From contig JAZQGJ010000069.1 of the NCBI GenBank assembly GCA_045539995.1, positions 1-56,236 on the forward strand: DNA of 56,236 nucleotides, in the 5' to 3' direction. Source of the stretch: Eubacteriales bacterium. Lineage in GTDB: Bacteria > Bacillota > Clostridia > Oscillospirales > CAG-272. The notes beneath the pieces were generated by a model that saw only the letters and a list, made by a program, of their open reading frames with translations, ran no database searches and was not told the DNA's origin. Positions 8,801 through 16,468 of this stretch are shown one piece after another. The first letter of the stretch is position 1; the number at the start of each line of letters is the position of its first letter. A program made the translations under genes and the position numbers.

Positions 8801-9874
8801 TTATTTACCTACCCTTTCTGCCGCTTTTTCAATAGACGCCAAAACCTGCTCGGGAGACGGAATCATACCGCCGCTTCTGTTGCAGAGTGTAACGGGCGCC
8901 TTGTCGCTTATAGCCAAACGAACGTCCTCTATCATCTGTCCCATAGAAAGCTCTACCGAGATAAATTCCTTTACCTTTTCTGCTGCCTTCGCAAAGGGCT
9001 TTTCGGGGAACGGCCAGAGAGTGATGGGACGGATAAGACCTACCTTAATTCCCTTTGCTCTCGCCTCGTTTATTGCGTTCTTGGATACACGAGCGGCGAT
9101 ACCGAATGCAGCTACGCAAATTTCAGCATCATCCATCATATATTCCTCATACATTACTTCGTTTTCTTTTATCGCCTCGTAACGCTCATAGCGCTCAAAG
9201 TTGGTACGCTCAAGCTCCTCGGGCTTCAAAAACAGAGAGTTTACTATGTTGTGCTTTCTCTCCATCTTCGTGCCAGTTACTGCCCAGGGCTTTTCGGGCG
9301 ACGGCGCAGGTGAGAAGTCGAGAGAAACAGGCTCCATCATCTGTCCCATAGTTCCGTCCGCCAAAATCATAGAGGTCATACGGTATTTGTCGGCAAGGTC
9401 AAAGCCGTGTACCGTAAGCTCTGCCATTTCCTGTACTGACGCGGGCGCTAAAACTATCATATGGAAGTCGCCGTGCGCGCCGCCCTTTGTCGCCTGAAAA
9501 TAGTCGGACTGCGAGGGCTGAATACCACCGAGACCGGGGCCGCCTCTCTGTACGTTTACGATAAGCGCGGGAAGGTCTGCTCCCGCAAGATATGAAATAC
9601 CCTCGCCCTTAAGAGAAATTCCGGGGCTTGAGGATGACGTCATAACTCTCTTTCCCGTAGCGGAAACTCCGTATACCATATTTATTGCCGCTATCTCGCT
9701 TTCAGCCTGAAGAAATACGCCGCCTATTTTGGGCATTCTCTTTGCCATATATGCCGCAATCTCCGTCTGGGGAGTGATAGGATATCCGAAATAGTGGCGG
9801 CAGCCTGCAATAATAGCCGCTTCGGCTATCGCTTCGTTACCCTTCATTAAAACCTTATCTGCCATTTCTTTCAC
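8801..9874 (-). CDS. 2-oxoacid:ferredoxin oxidoreductase alpha subunit
   Basis: 357 aa. N-terminal LMKGNEAIAEAAIIAGCRHYFGYPITPQTE is typical of KorA/VorB alpha subunits. Confidence 0.88.
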   Translation of the reverse strand: MKEMADKVLMKGNEAIAEAAIIAGCRHYFGYPITPQTEIAAYMAKRMPKIGGVFLQAESEIAAINMVYGVSATGKRVMTSSSSPGISLKGEGISYLAGADLPALIVNVQRGGPGLGGIQPSQSDYFQATKGGAHGDFHMIVLAPASVQEMAELTVHGFDLADKYRMTSMILADGTMGQMMEPVSLDFSPAPSPEKPWAVTGTKMERKHNIVNSLFLKPEELERTNFERYERYEAIKENEVMYEEYMMDDAEICVAAFGIAARVSKNAINEARAKGIKVGLIRPITLWPFPEKPFAKAAEKVKEFISVELSMGQMIEDVRLAISDKAPVTLCNRSGGMIPSPEQVLASIEKAAERVGK

Positions 9875-10077
9875 CTCTCTACCTTAATAATACAGTCGGG
9901 GCACATTGTCGCGCAGAACGCGCAGCCTATGCACGACTCCTCTTTCACCGCTTTTACAGGGTGGTGGCCTTTTTCGTTAATCTCGTCCTCTGCTATCGCA
10001 AGAACGCCCTTTGGACATACGTCTACGCAAAGACCGCAGCCCTTACATTTTTCGGTCTTGAATGTCAGCTTTGCCAT
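9871..10077 (-). CDS. 2-oxoacid:ferredoxin oxidoreductase delta subunit (2x[4Fe-4S] ferredoxin)
   Basis: 68 aa with two CxxCxxCxxxCP clusters (CKGCGLCVDVCP, CIGCAFCATMCP). It overlaps the alpha subunit start. Confidence 0.88.
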   Translation of the reverse strand: MAKLTFKTEKCKGCGLCVDVCPKGVLAIAEDEINEKGHHPVKAVKEESCIGCAFCATMCPDCIIKVER

Positions 10078-10090
10078 TTTTATATCTCCT

Positions 10091-10747
10091 TTACATATGT
10101 TTCTGTAATATTATCTCGCGGAAGCTCTCCCCTGTTTCGAGGAGTCTGTCGGTCAATTTACGTACCGTCGTATATATCATAGGAATATTTGCTCTTTCTG
10201 CAAGAGCCTTTGACATAGCAATGCTTCCTATAATATCGTCGTCGGAGGTCTCTGCCCCCAAATTCGAGTTGTTGACGATTGCCGTAAACTTAAGTTTACA
10301 CGCATCCTCTATCTCACGCATAACCTCGAGAGCGCTTTCAACGTCTCTTGTCAGAGGTCGGAACGTATTTAAGACGTATAGCATTTCGTAATCGTTTTCC
10401 TCGTCTATCTTCGGCGCTATGCGTCCGAGCGCCAAGGCGCCTCGCTCGTCTCCTCCCACGTCAAGCACGCAATAAAGCTCTTTATCGTCGGTTATCGCGT
10501 ATATATCCTGAGGGAGCGCGGGAATATCTATATTCGTGTTCGCGTACGGCGAGCATATAAGACGTATTCCCTTTTCACAAAAAAGCTCTTCGCTGTCCTT
10601 GGTTCTGAAATAGGGATTTACTATATCTATATCGGCAACCGCAACGCGCTCGTGTCTCGTTTTCAGGTCAAGCGCGATATTTACGGCTATATTTGTTTTT
10701 CCGCTGCCGTAATGTCCCGACAGTATTGTAATTCTTTTATCCTTCAT
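10091..10747 (-). CDS. P-loop NTPase (SIMIBI MinD/ParA/CooC-like), function unknown
   Basis: 218 aa. Walker A GHYGSGKT near the N-terminus and a Walker-B-like LDVGGD. It sits between the acyl-CoA synthetase fusion and the oxidoreductase genes with 13-23 bp gaps. Confidence 0.6.
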   Translation of the reverse strand: MKDKRITILSGHYGSGKTNIAVNIALDLKTRHERVAVADIDIVNPYFRTKDSEELFCEKGIRLICSPYANTNIDIPALPQDIYAITDDKELYCVLDVGGDERGALALGRIAPKIDEENDYEMLYVLNTFRPLTRDVESALEVMREIEDACKLKFTAIVNNSNLGAETSDDDIIGSIAMSKALAERANIPMIYTTVRKLTDRLLETGESFREIILQKHM

Positions 10748-10770
10748 TTTACTTCTTGTATAATTTGTTT

Positions 10771-13056
10771 TTAAAGCAGATTTCTCTGAATTTTTCCGCT
10801 TGCAGTCTTAGGAAGCGAGTCCTTGAATACTACTATTCTCGGATATTTGTAGGGCGCCGTATGCTCTTTTACGTAATTCTGTATTTCACGCTTGAGCTCG
10901 TCTGTGCCCTCCGTGCCCTTTACTAAGACTATGCTTGCCTTTACTACCTGACCTCTCACCTCATCGGGCGCGGCGGAAACTCCGCATTCAAGCACGTAGG
11001 GCAATTCCATAATAACGCTTTCTATCTCGAACGGACCTATGCGATAGCCCGACGACTTAATGACGTCATCGACACGTCCGACGTAGTAATAGAAGCCGTC
11101 CTCGTCACGCCACGCAAGGTCGCCTGTGTGATAATATCCGTCGTAGCGTACCTCGTCCGTCTTTTCGGGGTCGCCGTAATACTCGGTAAACAGACCGCAG
11201 GGAGAGCCGTTTGATATATTAACAACGATTTCTCCCGACTCACCGACGGGAACAGGCTTTCCGTCTGAGGAAAGCAGCTCGACGTCATAAATAGGCGCAG
11301 GCTTACCCATAGAGCCTATCTTGTGAGGCGCGCCTGTGAGGTTGCCTATTATCATCGTGCTTTCCGACTGTCCGAAGCCCTCGAGTATCTGAAGCCCTGT
11401 AGCTTCCTCAAACTTGCGGTAAACCTCAGGATTGAGTGCCTCGCCTGCCGTCGTCATATGTTTAATAGATGAGAGGTCATATTTTGAAATGTCCTCTTTT
11501 ATTAACATTCTGAGCATCGTGGGGGGCGCGCAGAAGGTCGTTATCTGATATTTTGCGAACATCGGCAGAATGTCGGACGCGTTAAACCTGTCAAAGTCGT
11601 ATACGAAGGTCGCGCCCTCGCAGAGCCACTGTCCGTAGAACTTGCCCCAAAGAGCCTTCGCCCAGCCCGTGTCCGAAATTGTGAAGTGAAGTCCGTCAGG
11701 GTCTACGTTATGCCAATACTTCGCCGTATGGAAATGACCGAGCGCATATTTATAGTTGTGCGCCGCTATCTTAGGATAGCCCGTAGTGCCCGACGTGAAG
11801 AACATCAGCATAGGGTCGTCTCCTGCGGGGGTGTCGTCCCTTCGCTCGAAATGCGTGCTGAACATACTGCATTCCTCGTCGAAATTACGCCAGCCCTCTC
11901 TCTCTCCACCTACGATTATCTTGTGAAGCAGCTGAGGGCATTTCTTCGCCGCGATATCCACCTGCTCGGCAACCGCGCCCTTCGAGGTGCAAAGTATGGC
12001 GCTTACGCCCGCTTTATTAAAGCGATACTCGAAATCGTGGTCTAAGAGCTGATTCATCGCGGGAATCGCCACCGCGCCTATTCTGTGAAGCGCGAGCATA
12101 GCGAACCAGAACTGATAGTGTCTGCCAAGCACGAGCATTACCTTGTCTCCCTTTTTAATACCGAGAGAACGGAAATAGTTTGCCGCGCGGCAGGAATTTT
12201 TCTTTATATCGGAATATGTAAAGCGGCTCTCCGTCTTATCGTTGGCTATATGCAGAAGCGCCAGCTTGTTCGGACTTTTCTTCGCTATTTCGTCAACGAT
12301 ATCGTAAGCAAAATTGAACTTGTCTATATTCTTGAAGGTGATAGAGGTAGGCGTTCCCTGCTCGTTTTCCTCCGTGTCGATAAATTTGTTATATACTCTT
12401 TCCTCGGTGTCACGGCGAACGGGGGCAGCCACTTCTCTTTTCTGCGCCTTAAGCTCGGGTATTTCCGCGCCTGTGGGATTAAGAACGAAGGCGTAGAATG
12501 AGCAGTCCTCGCCGTTTACGGCTATCATACCGTGAGGCGTCGAGCTATCGTAATAGATACTGTCGCCAGGACCGAGAATTTCCTTATGCTCGCCTATCTG
12601 TATCTTGAGATGTCCCTCAATTACGATATCGCATTCCTGTCCCTCGTGAGTTGTAAGCTCTATATCCTTTACCTGAGCGTCCTCGCTGTATTTACTGCAC
12701 ACGTAGAGGGGCTCGGCAATTCTCTTCTTAAAAGAGGGAGCAAGGTTGAAATAGGTCATTCCGTGAGCCTGCTCTATTCTCTGTCCCATTCTCGCGCGAG
12801 TGAGCGTATAGGACTTAAGCGTCGGGCTCTTACCCTCTATAATATCGGTAACGTCAACGTTGAAGGCAAGCGCGCAGCGATATATAAAGGCGAAGTTGAG
12901 GTCTGAGCGTCCGTTTTCGCAGTCGCTGTACTCCTCTTCGGAAACGTTGGTTTTCAAAGCCATCTCTGCTACGGTATAGCCCTCTATTTCACGAAGCTCA
13001 CGTATTCGGTTAGCCATTTCTTGAATTTTATAATCAAGAGCTGTGATGTTTTGCAT
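10771..13056 (-). CDS. tripartite fusion: XRE-family HTH + cupin + AMP-forming (medium/short-chain) acyl-CoA synthetase, paralog 1
   Basis: 761 aa. Residues ~10-75 form an HTH_XRE domain (RIRELREIEGYTVAEMA...). Residues ~110-195 form a cupin (HEGQECDIVIEGHL...GDSIYYDSSTPHG). Residues ~230-761 carry FTSGTTGYPK, GFGQSE, YHTGD and GRVDDVIKSSGYRIGP. AAGGAG RBS precedes ATG 13056. Confidence 0.8.
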   Translation of the reverse strand: MQNITALDYKIQEMANRIRELREIEGYTVAEMALKTNVSEEEYSDCENGRSDLNFAFIYRCALAFNVDVTDIIEGKSPTLKSYTLTRARMGQRIEQAHGMTYFNLAPSFKKRIAEPLYVCSKYSEDAQVKDIELTTHEGQECDIVIEGHLKIQIGEHKEILGPGDSIYYDSSTPHGMIAVNGEDCSFYAFVLNPTGAEIPELKAQKREVAAPVRRDTEERVYNKFIDTEENEQGTPTSITFKNIDKFNFAYDIVDEIAKKSPNKLALLHIANDKTESRFTYSDIKKNSCRAANYFRSLGIKKGDKVMLVLGRHYQFWFAMLALHRIGAVAIPAMNQLLDHDFEYRFNKAGVSAILCTSKGAVAEQVDIAAKKCPQLLHKIIVGGEREGWRNFDEECSMFSTHFERRDDTPAGDDPMLMFFTSGTTGYPKIAAHNYKYALGHFHTAKYWHNVDPDGLHFTISDTGWAKALWGKFYGQWLCEGATFVYDFDRFNASDILPMFAKYQITTFCAPPTMLRMLIKEDISKYDLSSIKHMTTAGEALNPEVYRKFEEATGLQILEGFGQSESTMIIGNLTGAPHKIGSMGKPAPIYDVELLSSDGKPVPVGESGEIVVNISNGSPCGLFTEYYGDPEKTDEVRYDGYYHTGDLAWRDEDGFYYYVGRVDDVIKSSGYRIGPFEIESVIMELPYVLECGVSAAPDEVRGQVVKASIVLVKGTEGTDELKREIQNYVKEHTAPYKYPRIVVFKDSLPKTASGKIQRNLL

Positions 13057-13083
13057 TTTTTCTCCTTTTTTGGAACTTACGGG

Positions 13084-13353
13084 ACAAAAAAACTCGTCCC
13101 AAAGATAAATACTTTGAGACGAGTCCTAAAAAACAAAACCCGCGGTACCACTCAAATTGCGATTCAAAATCGCCGCTCAAGGTCAAACAACCCGTATGTA
13201 CTAACGCAACATTATCGGAGAGAGTCTACTTGATTTCTCTTTCTTTCTCTCAGCTCGGAAGCTACAAACATACGCAGCGTCTTAACGGCTTGCACCATCT
13301 ACCGTCTCTCTGTGAAAACACACGCGAATATCCTCTTCGTCAAAGCCTTTATA
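13084..13353 (-). promoter_or_regulatory. T-box riboswitch leader, specifier read as GUA (Val), with intrinsic terminator
   Basis: Minus strand: K-turn GCU-UUGA-C-GAAG...CUUC-C-GA-GC, AG bulge AGAGAG, distal loop GGUGCAA. The T-box AAUUUGAGUGGUACCGCG is the complement of 13141-13161. The terminator stem is 13092-13104/13112-13124 plus a U-run. GUA (13263-13265) followed by G lies immediately 5' of the K-turn-proximal helix. Confidence 0.85.
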
Positions 13354-13359
13354 TCGGTT

Positions 13360-13388
13360 ATTTTATCACGACTCAAAGCATTTGTCAA
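13360..13388 (-). promoter_or_regulatory. sigma-A promoter of the Val T-box operon
   Basis: Minus strand reads TTGACA (13383-13388), 17 nt, then TAAAAT (13360-13365). Confidence 0.7.
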
Positions 13389-13433
13389 TATATTTTTCAA
13401 AAAAATCGAATTTTTGTTGAATTTGTCGCAGCT

Positions 13434-15695
13434 TTATAGCTTATTTCTTTGAATTTTTCCGCTTATTGTCTTGGGAAGCTCTTGCCTGAACTCGACAATT
13501 CTCGGATATTTATAGGGAGCCGTATGCTCTTTTACGTAATTCTGTATCTCACGCTTGAGCTCGTCTGTGCCCTCCTTGCCCGGCACGAGAACGATACACG
13601 CCTTAACGACCTGTCCTCTCACCTCGTCGGGCGCCGCAGTAACACCGCATTCAAGCACGTAGGGCAATTCCATGATTACGCTTTCTATCTCGAACGGGCC
13701 TATACGGTAGCCCGACGACTTAATAACGTCATCGGCGCGTCCGACGTACCAGAAATATCCGTCCTCATCGCGCCAAGCTGTATCGCCCGTATGATAATAG
13801 CCGTCGTGCCATACGTCCTTCGTTTTCTCTTCCTCTTTGTAATAGCCATTGAAGAGACCGCAGGGAATCTTATCGCTTGTCTTGATAACGATTTCGCCCG
13901 TCTGACCTGTGGGAACGGGATTTCCGTCAGAATCAAACAGAGAGATGTCGTAGAGGGGTACTGCCTTACCCATAGAGCCTACCTTACATTTGCTGCCCAT
14001 AAGGTTAGCTATTGACAGAGTAGTTTCGGTCTGTCCGAAGCCCTCCATTATGGAAAGTCCCGTCGCCAGCTCGAACTGACGGTGAACCTCAGGGTTGAGC
14101 GCCTCGCCTGCCGTCGTCATATGCTTGATTGAAGACAGGTCGTATTTCGAGATGTCCTCTTTTATTAACATTCTGAGCATTGTGGGGGGCGCGCAGAAGG
14201 TGGTAATATTATATTTTGCGAACATCGGCAAGATTTCCGACGCGTTGAATTTATCGAAGTCGTAGGTAAATACGCCGCTCTCACAAAGCCACTGTCCGTA
14301 GAGCTTGCCCCAGAGAGCCTTGCCCCAGCCTGTCTCGGAAATCGTGAAGTGGAGTCCGTTTTCATAGACGCCGTGCCAATATTTCGCGGTTATATAGTGA
14401 CCTAAGGGATATTTATGGCTATGCACGGCTATCTTCGGATAGCCTGTAGTACCCGACGTGAAGAACATAAGCAGAGGGTCGTTTCCGCAGGCGGTATTTT
14501 CGTCGCGGTAGAAATGCGCGCTATAGAGCGAATACTCATCGTTGAAGCTATGCCAGCCCTCTCTCTCTGCGCCGACGATTATCTTTGTAGCGAGAGGACA
14601 GCTCTTTTCGGCAAGCTCGACCTGATGCGCGACGTCTCCGTCAGAGGTGCACACGATGGCGCTGACCTCAGCCGCCTTGAAGCGATAATCGAAGTCGTGC
14701 TCTTGTAAGAGGTTTGTCGCGGGAATAGCGACAGCTCCCAGCTTATGTAGGGCAAGGATAGCGAACCAGAACTGATAATGGCGCTTAAGCACGAGCATTA
14801 CCTTGTCGCCCTTCTTAATACCGAGAGCGCGGAAATAGTTCGCCGTCATATTCGACGCGCGCTTCATATCACGGAAGGTAAAGCGGTTTTCTCTGCCGTT
14901 TTTGTCTATGTGAAGCATAGCGAGCTTGTTAGGCTCCTTTTTCGCTATCTCGTCGACTATATCGAAGGCAAAGTTGAACTTGTCCTCGTTTTCAAAATCT
15001 ATCTTTGTAAGGGTGCCGTTTTCGTCCTCCTCGGTATGAATGAAGCGGCTGCTTACAAGCTCCTTCTTTTCTACTCGCGAAGCGAGAGTCGCTCTCGTCG
15101 TTTGCTCGGGGATAGTCTCGCCGGGCAAAACGACGGCGAGGAAAAGGCACTCTCTGCCATCGACGGCAATCATACCGTGAGGGGTTGCGCTATTGTAATA
15201 AATGCTGTCGCCCTCGCTGAGATATTCGACGTGGTCGCCTATCTGTACCTTGAGTCGTCCACTCATGACGAAGTCGAATTCCTGTCCCGAATGAGTCGCG
15301 AGCGCTATAGGCTTATCCTGCAATTTTTCGTCATACTCGTATTTTACCCAATAGGGCTCGGAGAGCTTCTTGCGGAAAAGAGGTGCTAAGTTCTTTATCT
15401 CTATTCCGTCCTCCTTCGCAGTCTCCTGTCCGTTTCCTTTTCTTGTAATAGTGTAAGAGGAAAGCGATGCGCTTTGTCCTTCAAGCAGGTCCGTAATGTC
15501 GATGCCGAAAACCAACGCGCACTTGTGAAGAAATGAGAAGGGATAATCCTTGGAGCCCGCCTCGTATTCAAGGTATTGCTCTACGCTCACTTCGGTCTTT
15601 CGTGCCATTTCTTCTATTGAAATACCGTCTATCTCGCGCATTTCCTTAATTCGCAGAGCGACCTCTAAAAGCTTGTTTTCAGATGAACCTGACAT
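13434..15695 (-). CDS. tripartite fusion: XRE-family HTH + cupin + AMP-forming acyl-CoA synthetase, paralog 2
   Basis: 753 aa from ATG 15695, with a GGAGGTG RBS at 15701-15707. The domain order matches 10771-13056. It contains long identical peptide blocks (ITTFCAPPTMLRMLIKEDISKYDLSSIKHMTTAGEALNPEV). The ORF-track start at 15770 runs into a non-coding tandem repeat and is rejected. Confidence 0.8.
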   Translation of the reverse strand: MSGSSENKLLEVALRIKEMREIDGISIEEMARKTEVSVEQYLEYEAGSKDYPFSFLHKCALVFGIDITDLLEGQSASLSSYTITRKGNGQETAKEDGIEIKNLAPLFRKKLSEPYWVKYEYDEKLQDKPIALATHSGQEFDFVMSGRLKVQIGDHVEYLSEGDSIYYNSATPHGMIAVDGRECLFLAVVLPGETIPEQTTRATLASRVEKKELVSSRFIHTEEDENGTLTKIDFENEDKFNFAFDIVDEIAKKEPNKLAMLHIDKNGRENRFTFRDMKRASNMTANYFRALGIKKGDKVMLVLKRHYQFWFAILALHKLGAVAIPATNLLQEHDFDYRFKAAEVSAIVCTSDGDVAHQVELAEKSCPLATKIIVGAEREGWHSFNDEYSLYSAHFYRDENTACGNDPLLMFFTSGTTGYPKIAVHSHKYPLGHYITAKYWHGVYENGLHFTISETGWGKALWGKLYGQWLCESGVFTYDFDKFNASEILPMFAKYNITTFCAPPTMLRMLIKEDISKYDLSSIKHMTTAGEALNPEVHRQFELATGLSIMEGFGQTETTLSIANLMGSKCKVGSMGKAVPLYDISLFDSDGNPVPTGQTGEIVIKTSDKIPCGLFNGYYKEEEKTKDVWHDGYYHTGDTAWRDEDGYFWYVGRADDVIKSSGYRIGPFEIESVIMELPYVLECGVTAAPDEVRGQVVKACIVLVPGKEGTDELKREIQNYVKEHTAPYKYPRIVEFRQELPKTISGKIQRNKL

Positions 15696-15707
15696 AAAAA
15701 CACCTCC

Positions 15708-15927
15708 ATAAAAATTGAAAATTGAAAGTTGAAAATTGAAAATTATTGAATAAATCCTCTCGGAGTTCAATCAAATTAAATTAAAATAAAAATTGAAAAT
15801 TGAAAATTGAAAATTATTGAATAAATCCTCTCAGAGTTCAATCAAATTAAATTAAAATAAAAATTGAAAATTGAAAATTTAAAATTATTGAAAAAATCCT
15901 TTCGGAGTTCAATCAAACTAAATTAAA
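15708..15927. repeat. tandem repeat, three units (78+71+71 bp), each containing an internal AAAATTG heptad run
   Basis: Units start at 15708, 15786 and 15857, each beginning ATAAAAATTGAAAATTG...AATCCTCTCGGAGTTCAATCAAATTAAATTAAA. The first unit carries one extra heptad. The array lies in the 5' UTR between the Ile T-box terminator and the RBS. Confidence 0.9.
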
Positions 15928-15928
15928 A

Positions 15929-16232
15929 TAAAAAACGCCTCAAAGAAAAATCTTCTTTGAGACGGGTGAAATCTATACACTCGCGGTACCACTCAAATTG
16001 CGTCGATGACGCCACTTAGGGAGACTAACAACTCCTGCGCACTAACGCTGCGCTCCTCGCGAACTCCTACTGCACTTTTCAGAATTCGGGCTCAAAAGCG
16101 ATGGGTAATGACCTACTGCGTTATGGCTTGCACCTTCCGCCACTTCTCTGCGCCGCATAAAAAGGGTTACCGTCTTTATCATAGCCTTTATGAAATTACC
16201 TGCGGGGAAATAAGAACTATTTCCACATTTAT
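15929..16232 (-). promoter_or_regulatory. T-box riboswitch leader, specifier read as AUC (Ile), with intrinsic terminator
   Basis: Minus strand: K-turn GCU-AUGA-U-AAAG...CUUU-U-GA-GC, AG bulge AGAGAAG, distal loop GGUGCAA. The T-box AAUUUGAGUGGUACCGCG is the complement of 15982-16002. The terminator stem is 15936-15945/15955-15964 plus a U-run. AUC (16100-16102) followed by G lies immediately 5' of the K-turn-proximal helix. Confidence 0.85.
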
Positions 16233-16238
16233 GCCGTA

Positions 16239-16267
16239 AGTATATCACAGTATTTTTGATTTGTCAA
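16239..16267 (-). promoter_or_regulatory. sigma-A promoter of the Ile T-box transcript
   Basis: Minus strand reads TTGACA (16262-16267), 17 nt, then TATACT (16239-16244). Confidence 0.65.
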
Positions 16268-16299
16268 GAGTTTTTTTATATTTTTTTTGCAAAATTCAA

Positions 16300-16371
16300 A
16301 AAGTATAAATAAAAAAGAAGAAACACCGCCAAACGAAACCGTTTGTTCAATCAAACCTTAATAAAAGCTCG
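16300..16371 (-). terminator. putative terminator after metA (long-loop hairpin)
   Basis: The 10-bp arms GAAGAAACAC (16308-16317) and GTGTTTCTTC (16361-16370) are followed by a U-run on the minus strand. The loop holds a nested CAAACG/CGTTTG hairpin. Confidence 0.45.
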
Positions 16372-16468
16372 TGTTTCTTCTATAAATATTATACCATAAA
16401 CAAAATAAAAAGTCACCTTTTTTCGTTTAGAAACCTTGCTCTTTATCTGCCTTGCAGGAGGGCGTCGG

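Noticed and set aside
15696-15770. N-terminal extension MNSERIYSIIFNFQLSIFNFYGGVF of the second ligase fusion
   Set aside because: It is a translation of the AAAATTG heptad/tandem repeat. A strong GGAGGTG RBS sits 5 nt before the internal ATG at 15695, and the paralog aligns from that Met.
15708-15927. CRISPR array
   Set aside because: The units are directly abutting tandem copies with no unique spacers. They are AT-rich, there are no cas genes, and they lie inside a 5' UTR.
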